Origin: the human T2T-CHM13v2.0 reference genome, Homo sapiens
Direction: 5' to 3' (one strand)
DNA length: 64,000 nt
Assembly (NCBI RefSeq): GCF_009914755.1
Contig: NC_060929.1
Shown: one piece after another, positions 16,225-40,104 of the stretch
Layout of the letters: each line of letters begins with the position of its first letter
Position numbering within the stretch: position 1 is the stretch's first letter
The notes under the pieces: model-generated
Database searches by the model: none
What the model was told of the DNA's origin: nothing
The model's input: the letters and a program-made list of their open reading frames with translations, nothing else
Translations under genes and position numbers: made by a program

Positions 16225-18324
16225 ACATTGAGCAGTAGTTTGTAGTTCTCTGTGTAGAGAGCCTTTATTTCCCTTGTTAGCTGTATTAATAGGTATTTCA
16301 TTCTTTTTGTGGCAATTATGAATGGACGTTCTTTTGTGCTTTGGCTCTCTTCCTGCCTGTTGGTGTATAGAAATGCTAGTGACATTTGCACATTTATTTG
16401 TATTCTGAGACTTTGCTGAAGTTGCTTAATAGCTTAAGAATCTTTTGGGCTGAGATGTCAGGGTTTTCTAGATATAGGATCATGTCATCTGCAAAAAAAG
16501 ATAGTTTACTCTCCTCTCTTCCTATCTGAATATCACCATTTCTTTCTCTTACCTGATTGCCCTAGCCAGAACTTCTAATACTATGTTGAATAAGAGTGGT
16601 GAGAGAGGACATCCTTGGCTTGTGCCAGTTTTCAAGGAGAATGCCTCTTTTGCCCAATCAGTATCATACTGGCTGGCTCTTATTATTTTGAAGTATGTTC
16701 CTTCAATACCTATAACACAAGCAAATGGAAAATCATTTCAGCCTTATGGATAGGAAGAATCATTATCTTGAAAATGGCCATACTGCCCAAAGCAATTTAT
16801 GCATTCAATGCTATTCCCATTAAACTACCATTGACATTCTTCACAGAACTAGAAAAAGTATTTTAAAATTCATATAGAACCAAAGAAAAGAGCTTGAGTA
16901 GCCAAGGCAATCCTAAGCAAAAAGAGAAAAGCTGGAAGCATCACACTACTTGACCTCAAACTATACTCCAGGGCTACAGTAAACAAAACAGCATGGTACT
17001 GGTACAAGAACAGACACAACCCAGAAATCAGACCACACGCCTACATCCATCTGATCTTCAACAAACCTGACAAAAAGAATGGGGAAGTGATTTTCTATTT
17101 AACAAATGGGGCTAGGAGAACTGACTAGCCATATGCAGAAAACTGAAAATGGACCCCTTTCTTACATCATTTACAAAAATGAACTCAATATGGATTAAAG
17201 ACTAGAATGTAAAAGCCAAAACCATAAAAGCACTACAAGAAAACCTAGGCAATACCATTCAGGACACAGGGGTGGTCAAAGACTTCATGACAAAAATGCC
17301 AAAAGCAATTGCAACAAAAGCCAAAATTGACAAATGGGATCTAATTAAACTAAAGAGCTTCTGCACAGCAAAAGAAACTATCAACAGAGTAAACAGACAA
17401 CCTACAGAATGGGAGAATATTTTTGCAATCTATGCACTTGATGAAAGTCTAATATCCAGCATCTATAAGGAACTTGAACAAATTTACAAGAAAAAACAAC
17501 CCCATTAAAAAGTGGGCAAAGGACATGAACAGACACTTATCAAAAGATGACATACATGCAGCCAATAAGCATATGAAAAAAAGCTCAACATCACTGTCCA
17601 TTAGAGAAATGCAAACCAAAGCCACAATGAGATACCATCTCATGCCAGTCAGAATGGTTATTATTAAAATGTCAAAAAATAATAGATGCTAGCAAGGTTG
17701 TGGAGAAAAACAAACACTTTTACACTGTTGGTGGGATTGTAGTCAACCATTATGAAAGACACTGTGGTGATTCCTCAAAGACCTACAGATAAAAATACCC
17801 AGTAATGGTATTACTGAGTATATACCCAGTAATGGTATTACTGAGTATATACCCAGAGGAATATAAACCATTCTATTATAAAGACACATGCATGCATATG
17901 TTCAAAATAGCACTATTCAAAACAGCAAAGACATGGAATCAACCTAAATGCCCATCAGTGGTAGATAGGATAAAGAAAATGTGGCATATATATACCATGG
18001 AATACTATGCAGCCATAACTTTACAAGGACATGGATGGAGCTGGAGGCCATCATCCTTAGCAAACTAATGCAGGAACAGAAAACCAAATACCACATGTTC
18101 TTACTTATAAATGTGAGCTAAATGAATGCATAGAGGGGAAAAATGCACACTGACTGGGGCCTACCAGAGTGTAGAGGCTGGGAGGAGGGAACAGATCAGG
18201 AAAAATAACTAATGGATAGTAGGCTTAATACTTGGCTGATGAAATAAGCTATACAACAAACCCCCATGACACATGTTTACTTATGTAACAAACCTTCACA
18301 TCCTGCACATGTATCATTGAACTT
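16225..18324 (+). mobile_element. 5'-inverted (twin-primed) truncated L1PA13-like element
   Basis: Inverted ORF2 piece 16225-~16710, then direct ORF2-3'UTR from ~16711; 3'UTR gatcaggaaaaataactaatgg...cccccatgacac; TSD aaaggaa at 16218-16224 and 18325-18331. Confidence 0.8.
17795..17856. repeat. 27-bp tandem repeat (2.3 copies) with internal hairpin
   Basis: atacccagtaatggtattactgagtat x2 plus atacccag. Confidence 0.9.
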
Positions 18325-20641
18325 AAAGGAATCAGAGCATTCCATTACAAAACAAATAACAGCAAATAGCAAGAGACGAAAAGGAAATAAAAATGTCATA
18401 AACAATAAAATGGCAGTAGTAAGTCCTTACCCATTAATAATTACTTTAAATGTAAATTGATTAAATTTGCTATTCAAAAGACGCAGAGTGAAAGGATATA
18501 AAGAAAAGTAAGATTCAACAATATGCTGCTCATAAAAGACTCATTTAAACCCTAAGGACATACATAGGTCGAAAGTGATGAGATGGAAAAAGATATTCCA
18601 AGCAAATGAAAACCAAAAGGAGCAAGGGTGGCTATATTTCTGTTAGACAAAATGAACTCAGTCAAAATCTGTCACGAGAGACAGAGAAAATTACTACATA
18701 ATGATAAAAGGGTCAATTCATTAAGATGATATAAGTATTGTAAATATATATGCAGCCAACACAGTAGCACCTAAACATATAAAGCAAAGATTGCCAAAAC
18801 CTAAGGGAGAAATAGAAATACAACAATAGCAGGGAATTTCAATGCCCCCTTCAACAACAGATAGATCATTCAGATATAACTTGAATAACCCTATAGACCA
18901 AATAGACCTAACAGATACATATGCAGCACATCTCATCCAAAGAGAATACACACTCTTCCCAAGCACACATGGTACATACTCCAGAATAGATTATATGTGC
19001 GGCCACCAAACAAATGTTAACAAATTTGAAGATTTAAGTAATATCAAATGTACTTTTCTACCACAGTGGTATAAAACTCAAATTCAATAAAAGAAAGAAT
19101 TTTGAAAAAATACAAACATGTAAAAAGCACACTACTGAATAACCAGTGGGTCCAAGAAGATATCAGAGATGCAAAGATGTTTCAATGTATACAAATCGGT
19201 AAACATAGTACACCACATTAGCAGAATGGGGAATTTAAAAATTATACCATCACTCCATAGATGCAAAAAAAGCATTTGACAAAATTTTGTATCCTTTCAC
19301 CATACAAAAACCTCTCAACAAATGATATATACAAGCAATTTACCTCAACATACTGAAGAACATACATGACAAACCTATAGCTAACATTATACTTAATGGT
19401 GAAAAGATGAAAGTTTTTCCTCTAACATCAGCAACAAAGCAAGAATGTCCGATCTCACTATTTGTATTAACATAGTACTAGAAGTCCTAGGTAGAGCAAT
19501 TAGGCAAGATACTGTAGGCAGTATCTACACGGCAAAGAAATAAGTTAAATTGTCTTTGTTTATAAATGATATGATTATATTTCTAGGAAACCCTGAATAC
19601 TTCCCCCAAAACCTGTTAAAGCTAATAAATGACTTCAGTAAAGTTGCAGGATGCAAAATTAGTATAAAAAGCAGTTGCCTTTCTATACGCTAACAAGTTA
19701 TCCAAAAATTATATTAAGAAAACAATTCCATTTATAATAGCATCAAACATAATAAGATACTTAGGAATAAGTTTAACCAAGGAGTTATATTTTGAAAAAT
19801 TTTAAAAGATACAAATAAGTGGAAAGATGTTCTGTGTTTATAGCTTGGAAGAATTAATCTTGTTAAAATTGTTATACTACCCAAAGCAATCTTCAGATTC
19901 AGTGCAATCCTTATCAAAATACTAAAGTCATTTTTTTCATAGAAATAGAAAAAAATCCTAAAATGTATACAGAACCACAAAAGATATTGAGTAGACAAAA
20001 TAATCTTGAGTAAGAACAAAAAACTGGAGGCATTGCATTTCTGAATGTCAAATTATATTACAAACCTATATTTGTCAAAACAGCATGGTACCGACATATT
20101 CAGAAAGACAAATGGAGCAGAATAGAGCACCCAGAAATTAATCCATACATGTACGGTAAACCAAGCTTTGAAAAGGGTGCCAAGAATACATGATGGGGAA
20201 ATGATAGTGTGTTGAATATATGATGTTGAGAAAGCTAGATGTCTGTATGCAAAAAGATGAAATTATATCCTTATATTACACACAAAAATTAACTCAACAT
20301 GGATTGAAGACTTAAATGTAAGACCTGAAACCAAAATTCTTTAAGAAGAAAACATAGGGAGGAAAAAAAAAAACTCCTAGACATTGTTCTTGGGAATGAT
20401 ATTTTGGATATGACACCAACAGCACAGGCAACAAAAGTAAATGTAAACAAGTATGACTATATCAAACTAAAAAGTTACTGCACAGCAAAGGAAATAATCA
20501 ACAAAATGAAAAGACAACCTGCAAAATGCAAGAAAATATTTGCAAACCGTCTGTGTGGTGAGGGCGAATATCCCAAACTATAAGAAACTTATAGAACTCA
20601 AATAACAAAAATAACCTGATTTAAAAATCAGCAAACAACAA

Positions 20642-27607
<6,966 letters not shown>

Positions 27608-27909
27608 GACCTAAACATTTTTCCTAAGATGACATATAAGCGCCAATAAGCATGTGAAAAGGTACTTATCATGAATAATCTGGGAAATGAAAATTAAAAT
27701 GAGATATCTCACACCTGTTAAGTGGCTATCATAAAAAAGACAATAGATAACAAGTGTTGGCAAGGATATAGAGAAAAGGAAATTCTTATACACCAATATG
27801 ATTTAGTAGGAATGTTAATTGGTACAGCTAGTATGGAAAACATTACGGAGTTCCTCAAAAATTAAAAATAGAACTATACTATGATCCAGTAACACCACTT
27901 CTGGGTGTA

Positions 27910-28274
27910 CAGTTGTTCCTTGACTTACAATGAGGTTGTGTCCTAATAAACTCATTGTATGTAAGTTGAAAATGTTGTAAGTCAAACATGCATTTAATAC
28001 ACCTACCAAACATTGTAGCTTATCCTACCCTACCTTAAACCTGCTCAGAACACTTACATTAGCTTACGTTTGGACAAAATCATCTAGCACAAAGCCTATT
28101 TTATTATAAATGTTGACTATCCTCAAGCAATTTATTGGAGATTGTACTAAAAGTGAAAAGGAGAATGGTTATATGGATACTTGAAGTGTAGTTTCTATTA
28201 AATGCATTTTGATTTCACACCATCGTAAAGTCAAAAAATGGTAAGTCAAATTATTCTAAGTTAGGAATTGTCTC
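27910..28274 (+). mobile_element. MER47A (TcMar-Tigger MITE)
   Basis: cagttgttccttgacttacaatg...ctaagttaggaattgtctc; TA duplication at 27908-27909 and 28275-28276. Confidence 0.85.
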
Positions 28275-28890
28275 TATATCCAAAATAAATGAAATCAGTG
28301 TCTTGAAGTGATATCAAATCCATATTCATTGTGGTCTTCACAACAGCTAAGGTATGGGAACAACCTATACATCCATCAGTGCATAAATAGAGAAAGAAAA
28401 TGTGAGATACACTGGAGTATTGTTCAATCATAACAAAGAAAATAAATTGTCATTTGCAACAATATGGATGACACCGAAGTCATTAGTAAGTGACATAAGC
28501 CAGAAACGGAAAGACAAAATACTGTGATCTCATTTATATGTGGAATCCAAAAACGTTGATCACACAGAAACAGAATGGTGTCTGCCAAGAACTAGTGGGT
28601 AGGGAGAATGAAAAGACATTGGTCAAAGGATACAAAATGTCAGTTATAAGTGATTAAGTTCTGGAATCTAATGTAAAAATGTTGAATATAGTTAAAAATA
28701 GTATATTGTATACTTGAAATTTGCTAAGAAAGCAGTTCTTAATTGTTCTGAGCACACACAAAAAAGGTAACGCTGTGAGGTGACAGATGGGTTATTTTAC
28801 TCAACTGTAATTATATCACATTGTTATGTTCATATCAAACCATCAAAGTATATAACTTTTGTTAATTATACCTCAATAAAGAAGGAAAAA

Positions 28891-29340
28891 TAGAAATATA
28901 ACGTTTTTGTATATTGATATTGCATCCTACATATTTGCTAAATCATTTATGAGCACCAACAGTTTTTTATGGATTCTTCAGGGTTTTTTTTTATGTATGA
29001 GATTATGCCATCTGCAAATAGTGATATTTTTACTTCTTCCTTTCCAATATGAATGACTTCATTTCTTTTTCTTGCTATTTTCCCTAGCTGCATCTCCAGT
29101 ACAATGTCAAATGGAAGCTGTGAGAGTAGGCATTCATGTCTTGTTCCTCTTGTTAGCAGGAAAGTTTTCAGTCTTTCACTATTAAGTCTGATGTTAGCTA
29201 TGCTCTTTTCATAGATACTCATTGTGAGGTTGAGAAAATTCCCTTTATATTCCAACTTTGTTGAGTGTTTTCATTATGAAAGGGTGTTGAGTTTTGTCAA
29301 ATGATCTTTCTGCATTTATTGAGATGATCATGTAAGATTA
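28891..29340 (-). mobile_element. Continuation of the old minus-strand L1M ORF2 (RT region)
   Basis: ORF 28947..29255(-) contains KEEVKISLFADG; sequence resumes where 7218 stopped. Confidence 0.8.
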
Positions 29341-31060
29341 TTTTACTATTATAGCATATTGATTGATTTTCAAGTTTAGTCAACCATTTGTTTATGGTGA
29401 TCGTCTTTTTGAATATTGAGTTTTCCTTTTCTCACACATATGAGTTCAAGTTTGCATTTTTTTCTGTTAAGGGAGATTTAACTGCATGCCAAAAGATTTG
29501 AAAAATATTATCAATTATTTAAAAATATTTTCTAATTTATATTTTTGTTTCTTAGGAATTGGGGATTATTTAAAAGTGTTCTGCTTAATTTCTAAACATT
29601 TGAGGATTTTCATAGCCATGATTTATAGTTTTTGTGTTACCAACTAACCTCTTATCCAATTCTACCACAGGAAAATAAAAAATAATGCTCTGTATAATCT
29701 CCAATTTGAAATTTGTTGAGAATTGGTTAAATGACCTAGCAACTGATCAATATTGGTAATTATTCTATGTGAATTGATAACTATATTTTGCAGTTGTTGA
29801 TTGCATATGTCTGTGATCAATTTTATTGTTATAAAAATATTTAATACTGCTTATTTTGTTTTACCAGTTACTGAGAGATATTAAAAATCTTTTACAATAA
29901 TTAATGATCTGACTAATTCTCATTTTCTGTATGTGAGCTTCTTGTACTTGTTTTGCAGTTTTAAACTATGTTTATGTGTGTTTATGTGTAGATTAAATAT
30001 TTTATCATAGCAAAATGTTCAACATAATCTCTAGTAATTTTTCTTTAAAATTCTACATTGATTTTAGTATACTAGTTCTCATTTGGTTAGGATTTGCATA
30101 ATACATTTTCTTTTATAGTTCTAATATACCTTTCTCATGTAACTTTCTCTTCTTGCCACTTAAAATTAGTCTGTTTAAAGTAATTTGATGTCTTCTATTT
30201 CCTTTCATTAAATTGCTTGTTACACATTTATTTTTCATGGTGTCTCTAGATATGCTGGAATGGATTATTGACTTATTAGCATTTGTAACAAATGCTTTTT
30301 CCAGGTCCCGTAAAATAAAGTCATCTTATAACATTCTAGCACATATATCTCCTCATGCTTTTAGTGCTGTTGCAATATTAAATTGTATGTATATTGAAAA
30401 TTTTGAAATATATTATCTTTGGTTTTAACTAGCCAATATTTGTTTAGTTTTGTCTATATATTTACTCCTATGTTATTCAATCTTACTTGCAGTTCCACAT
30501 TTCTGAGTTTATTTTTGTTTTGCTTGAAAATATCCCTTCTTCTCGGAATGCCAGACATTTCAAATTTACTATTCAAGAGCTTAAGGATGATACTGTCTTT
30601 TTCCAGAGATGATTTAGTTCTCTTATTGGCAAGCAGTTGAAGTAGGGGCAGAGGATTTGAATCAGGAATTGCAATTTTTCATGGTTGAGTTTTAGTCTTT
30701 GTAAGTCCTAGTCTATTTTGGTTTGCCTACTTCTCTGGCTTTGTTCTTCAAGGTTCTCGACTGAAAGCCAATATGTATAAGACCCTCTTCTTTGGAAGAC
30801 CTAAACTCCAATAGGTGGCTGACAGCTCTACCTGTCTTCCCAGAAGCTCCCTTCTTGGCTTATGAAAATTTTCACTCTTTGCTGTTTAGAGTGAGGCAAA
30901 TTCATTGAGGTAAAAAGTGATGTACCAAGAGCTACCATGGTTGCTCTTCAGTGCTTTCAAATGCCGATTTCTTTTTGTTTTATTAAATTTCTATAATTGT
31001 TCTCAGCAGGAAGGCTAGGCTATTAAGCTGCTCCATCATAACCAGAAGTGGAATTTTTTC
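29341..31060 (-). mobile_element. Highly degraded ancient L1M sequence
   Basis: T-rich antisense L1-like motifs (gaaatttgttgagaattgg, cagttactgagagatattaaaaatct); poorly resolved. Confidence 0.4.
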
Positions 31061-31089
31061 ATTACTTCTTACATTATTCTATAACACAT

Positions 31090-31215
31090 TTATTATTACT
31101 CTCATCTGACAGATGAGGTAATTGGTTTTTAAAAAGTGGTGTTATTTACTCACAGTCACACAGGTGAGTGGTCAAGCTGTGTTTATTTTTTGATTCCAAA
31201 AATTGTGCTGTTAAC
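31090..31215 (-). mobile_element. MIR SINE
   Basis: ctcatctgacagatgaggtaattgg...tactcacagtcacacaggtgagtgg MIR core. Confidence 0.65.
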
Positions 31216-31248
31216 AAAGCAATATTATAAGGTAGAAAGATGTTCTAA

Positions 31249-31545
<297 letters not shown>

Positions 31546-31991
31546 ATGTTCTAAAGCATACTGAGAATGTGATATGAAAGAAAGTGGTGGAGAAACACAA
31601 CATACCCGAACCAGTCTATAATCAGAACTCTGGTTTCGACTTAACTTGGTGGCAGTGTCAGTAGGGAAAGAAAGTATCTAAGTAGCCATAATAAAATGTA
31701 TCCAAATCAGATTATCATAATTTAGGCAATACTTATATGATTTCTTCATTCAGATGCAATATACATTTCTTTTTTTTTCTTTTATTATTATACTTTAAGT
31801 TTTAGGGTACATGTGCACATTGTGCAGGTTAGTTACTTATGTATACATGTGCCATGCTGGTGCGCTGCACCCACTAACTCGTCATCTAGCATTAGGTACG
31901 TCTCCCAAAGCTATCCCTCCCCCCTCCCCCCACCCCACAAGAGTCCCCAGAGTGTGATGTTCCCCTTCCTGTGTCCATGTGATCTCATTGT

Positions 31992-35827
<3,836 letters not shown>

Positions 35828-35883
35828 TTAGCTGGTTATTTTGCTCGTTAGTTGATGCAGTTTCTTCCTAGTCTCGATAGTCT

Positions 35884-36903
35884 TTACATTTTGGCATGAT
35901 TTTGCAGTGGCTGGTACCAGTTTTTCCTTTCCATGTTTAGCGCTTCCTTCAGGAGCTCTTTTAGGGCAGGCCTGGTGGTGACAAAATCTCTCAGCATTTG
36001 CTTGTCCGTAAAGTATTTTATTTCAGCTTCACTTATGAAGCTTAGTTTGGCTGGATATGAAATTCTGGGTTGAAAATTCTTTTCTTTAAGAATGTTGAAT
36101 ATTGGCCCCCACTCTCTTCTGGCTTGTAGGGTTTCTGCCGAGAGATCCGCTGTTAGTCTGATGGGCTTCCCTTTGAGGGTAACCCGACCTTTCTCTCTGG
36201 CTGCCCTTAACATTTTTTCCTTCATTTCAACTTTGGTGAATCTGACAATTATGTGTCTTGGAGTTGCTCTTCTCGAGGAGTATCTTTGTGGCGTTCTCTG
36301 TATTTCCTGAATCTGAACGTTGGCCTGCCTTGCTAGATTGGGGAAGTTCTCCTGGATAATATCCTGCAGAGTGTTTTCCAACTTGGTTCCATTCTCCCCG
36401 TCACTTTCAGGTACACCAATCAGACGTAGATTTGGTCTTTTCACATAGTCCCATATTTCTTGGAGGCTTTGCTCATTTCTTTTTATTCTTTCTTCTCTAA
36501 ACTTCCCTTCTCGCTTCATTTCATTCATTTCATCTTCCATCGCTGATACTCTTTCTTCCAGTTGATCGCATCGGCTCCTGAGGCTTCTGCATTCTTCACA
36601 TAGTTCTCGAGCCTTGGTTTTCAGCTCCATCAGCTCCTTTAAGCACTTCTCTGTATTGGTTATTCTAGTTATACATTCTTCTAAATTTTTTTCAAAGTTT
36701 TCAACTTCTTTGCCTTTGGTTTGAATGTCCTCCCATAGCTCAGAGTAATTTGATCGTCTGAAGCCTTCTTCTCTCAGCTCATCAAAGAAGTTATTCTCTG
36801 TCCAGCTTTGTTCCGTTGCTGGTGAGGAACTGCGTTCCTTTGGAGGAAGAGAGGCACTCTGCTTTTTAGAGTTTCCAGTTTTTCTGTTCTGTTTTTTCCC
36901 CAT
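35884..36903 (-). CDS. Intact L1 ORF1p (RNA-binding chaperone), 339 aa
   Basis: Uninterrupted MGKKQNRK...QPLQNHAKM with REKG, ARR and YPAKLS motifs; one residue longer than the canonical 338 aa (ENNFFDE). Expression unknown. Confidence 0.8.
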   Translation of the reverse strand: MGKKQNRKTGNSKKQSASLPPKERSSSPATEQSWTENNFFDELREEGFRRSNYSELWEDIQTKGKEVENFEKNLEECITRITNTEKCLKELMELKTKARELCEECRSLRSRCDQLEERVSAMEDEMNEMKREGKFREERIKRNEQSLQEIWDYVKRPNLRLIGVPESDGENGTKLENTLQDIIQENFPNLARQANVQIQEIQRTPQRYSSRRATPRHIIVRFTKVEMKEKMLRAAREKGRVTLKGKPIRLTADLSAETLQARREWGPIFNILKEKNFQPRISYPAKLSFISEAEIKYFTDKQMLRDFVTTRPALKELLKEALNMERKNWYQPLQNHAKM

Positions 36904-37814
36904 CTTTGTGGTTTTATCTACTTTTGGTCTTTGATGATGGTGATGTACAGATGGGTTGTTGTTGTGGATGTCCTTTCTGTTTGTTAGTTTTCCTTCTAAC
37001 AGACAGGACCCTCAGCTGCAGGTCTGTTGGAGTACTCTGCAGTGTGAGGTGTCAGTGTGCCCCTGCTGGGGGGTGCCTCCCAGTTAGGCTGCTCGGGTGT
37101 CAGGGGTCAGGGACCCACTTGAGGAGGCAGTCTGCCCGTTCTCAGATCTCCAGCTGCGTACTGGGAGAACCACTGCTCTCTTCAAAGCTGTCAGACAGGG
37201 ACATTTAAGTCTGCAGAGGTTACTGCTGTCTTTTTGTTTGTCTGTGCCCTGCCCCCAGAGGTGGAGCCTACAGAGGCAGGCAGGCCTCCTTGAGCTGTGG
37301 TGGGCTCCACCCAGTTCGAGCTTCCAGGCTGCTTTGTTTACCTAAGCAAGCCTGGGCAATGGCGGGCGCCCCTCCCCCAGCCTCGCTGCTGCCTTGCAGT
37401 TTGATCTCAGACTGCTGTGCTAGCAATCAGTGAGACTCCGTGGTCGTAGGACCCTCAGAGCTAGGTGCAGGATATAATCTCGTGGTGCACCGGTTTTTTA
37501 AGCCCATCGGAAAAACGCAGTATTCAGGTGGGAGTAACCCGATTTTCCAGGTGCCGTCAGTCACCCCTTTCTTTGACTTGGAAAGGGAACTCCCTGACCC
37601 CTTGTGCTTCCTGAGTGAGGCAATGCCTCACCCTGCTTCGGCTCGTGCACGGTGCGTGCACCCACTGACCTGCGCCCACTGTCTGGCACTCCCTAGTGAG
37701 ATGAACCTGGTACCTCAGATGGAAATGCAGAAATCACGGGTCTTCTGCGTCGCTCATGCTGGGAGCTGTAGACCGGAGCTGTTCCTATTCGGCCATCTTG
37801 GCTCCTCCCCCCCA
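36904..37814 (-). promoter_or_regulatory. L1 5'UTR with sense and antisense promoters and YY1 site
   Basis: YY1 motif ggccatcttg at 37791-37800; ORF0 ATG at 37359 (MAGAPPPASL...) stops after 24 codons. Confidence 0.75.
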
Positions 37815-38199
37815 CAATATACATTTCTTTAAAAGCAAGGTTATTTACTCTATTTGTCAGTATCACCACTAATTAGGCTGAACACAATACTGTGTGAACT
37901 AGAGATAACTGCTAAATGGCAATAAAGCTAGTTAAATGCCGAAGGGTATCCTTGCTCCTATTCTAGTCTGTACTCTAAAGACTAACTATATTTTGTACAC
38001 CAGTTATTAATGTTTCTACTTATGCATGTTATGTTGAAATATAATGTCCCAGTACCAGGTCTAAAAAACCTCCTAATATGTTTTCTTACGGAAAATCCAA
38101 GCAAATTTCCTGGACTTTAAACTCCATGACAGCAGTAGGTCAGCATCGTCTTACTTTACCTACCCACAGTAACATCAACTGATTGACAGTGTTTGAATG

Positions 38200-38336
38200 T
38201 AGTTGACCCTTGAACAACATGGTTTGGACCACGTGGGTCACTTATATGCAGATTGTTTTTCTACCTTTGCTATTCCTGAGACAGTAAGGTAACCCCCTCT
38301 TCTTTTTTCTCCTCAACTTATTCAATGTGAAGACAA
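38200..38336 (+). mobile_element. Tigger2a/MER28 left-end fragment
   Basis: agttgacccttgaacaacatggtttggaccacgtgggtcacttatatgcagatt...tcaatgtgaagac. Confidence 0.75.
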
Positions 38337-38779
38337 CTCTTACTTAGAGAAGAAAAAAAGTTACTACCTTAAATACAGGGGGAGTGACAGCCTATGTGTT
38401 AACACATCACAGACTCTTCAAAGACTAAAGACTTGATCCATCTTCCTCCAAATATCTCCTACCTGCCAAATTTAAACTAATAAACAATCCTCTAATGAGG
38501 CAAACATCCCCCTCTTAAAAAGTTGCCAAAGCTTCTGAGAAAGTTAATATCATACTAATTAAATACGTTTTACCAAAATGAGGTTCATCAGCTGACATAT
38601 GCATTTAATATATATTTACTTAGTACCTGCTCTTTGAAAAGAGTATAGAGTTTATAAATTGACTACATCGTTTTTGCCTTCTTGAAACTTACAGCTCATG
38701 ATTAGCTACAATAAGAATAGCTGCAGTAGATCATAATGAAGAGAGTTGTAGCTTTCATAACAAAAAGGTTTTGAACAAA

Positions 38780-38962
38780 ATTCTAGTTTCACTCCTTAGT
38801 AGCAGTTTGAGTTTATATAACCCAATTAACATTTCTAAATTTAAATTTCTTCCTTTGCTAATTAAGGATTATTATGTCACATGAGTTGTTTTGAGATTTT
38901 ATTGAAAAAATATTTAAAGTACTTATCACTTCACTTGACAGGGAGTAGGCACCATATAAATA
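38780..38962 (+). mobile_element. MIR SINE
   Basis: ttctagtttcactccttagtagcag...gagttgttttgagatt...aaagtactta. Confidence 0.55.
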
Positions 38963-39089
38963 ATTCATTTAAAATTATTATTAGAATTAAAACTAAAATA
39001 ATTAAATTTGCTATGTTTTATACAGCAGAAAATAATTTCAGTGCTATTGGTAACACGAAACAGTTGGTAATTTAAATTCCCACAATAAG

Positions 39090-39470
39090 AGAGTATATTA
39101 AATTAAAAATTTAGATACAATAGACACAGTTCAAAGCAGAACAACCAACTGAAAATATATTTGCAACATGTCTAACAAATTAAGGATTCGTATTTAGAAC
39201 ACATCAGTAAATCCTACAAATCAATGAAAAAAGATAAATATTCCAACAGAAAAAAGTAAGCAAAGGCTGTGAACAAGGAAATCACCAAAGATTAATGCAA
39301 ATATACACATGAAACAATTCACATAATCACTGGGAAATAAAGTACTGCAGCTGCATATTTCACTCAACAAATTGACAACGGTGAAATACTTTTGATGACA
39401 CTGGTTATTCATGACGGCTAATGATGGTGTAAATTGTTCCTTTGGAGAGCAATTGGCACATTAAATATTT
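39090..39470 (+). mobile_element. Ancient L1ME late-ORF2 fragment
   Basis: gaaaatatatttgcaacatg...cctacaaatcaatgaaaaaag...ggagagcaattggca. Confidence 0.55.
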
Positions 39471-40104
39471 TTTTCTATATTAAAAAAATTTGTTGTAGCA
39501 TACATTATGCAAAGCAATTTAAGAATGTGTAAGTATCATTGTTAGAAAAGCACCCATGCTTACATAAAAATAGAAAAATAGCACATTATATAAAATCCCA
39601 ATTAGTTAGTTAAGCAAGATTATTTCATTTTACTTAGCAAGCCTACACTGAAAAATCACAATTTGCAATGTATTCTAGCTTCAAAAAAAAAAAGAGCAAA
39701 GAAACAAGTAACAGTGGGATAATATGTTAAAAAAAAAATACAATGTTGAACAGGACATGAGAATTTGATACAATAACATTTGGCAAAAGGAAAGGGAAGG
39801 ATGGAGGGGAGCAATGGTTTTTGGTTTTATCGTATACCAGTGATATTCTATGTGATCGTGGTATAACTACTTTTCAAATTTCTTTCAGTATATGCTTCTG
39901 GAGTGTCTCCTGCTGACTGGTAAATCACCTTGGTTGTAGAAGTTTATGGGGATTTTTTACAACATGAAATAGATTGACATTTATTTTCAATCTGTCCTTT
40001 ATGTTATGAATAGCCCTATATGGATTATTTGATGATTCAGCCTTGCAACATTGCCTAATTATATGCAAACTAATGAATTATTCTTCAGTTATTACAGTGA
40101 CATG

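Noticed and set aside
38368-38462. Possible minus-strand exon (ttggcag...AAG|gtagta)
   Set aside because: Weak polypyrimidine tract and donor, and stops in all three frames.
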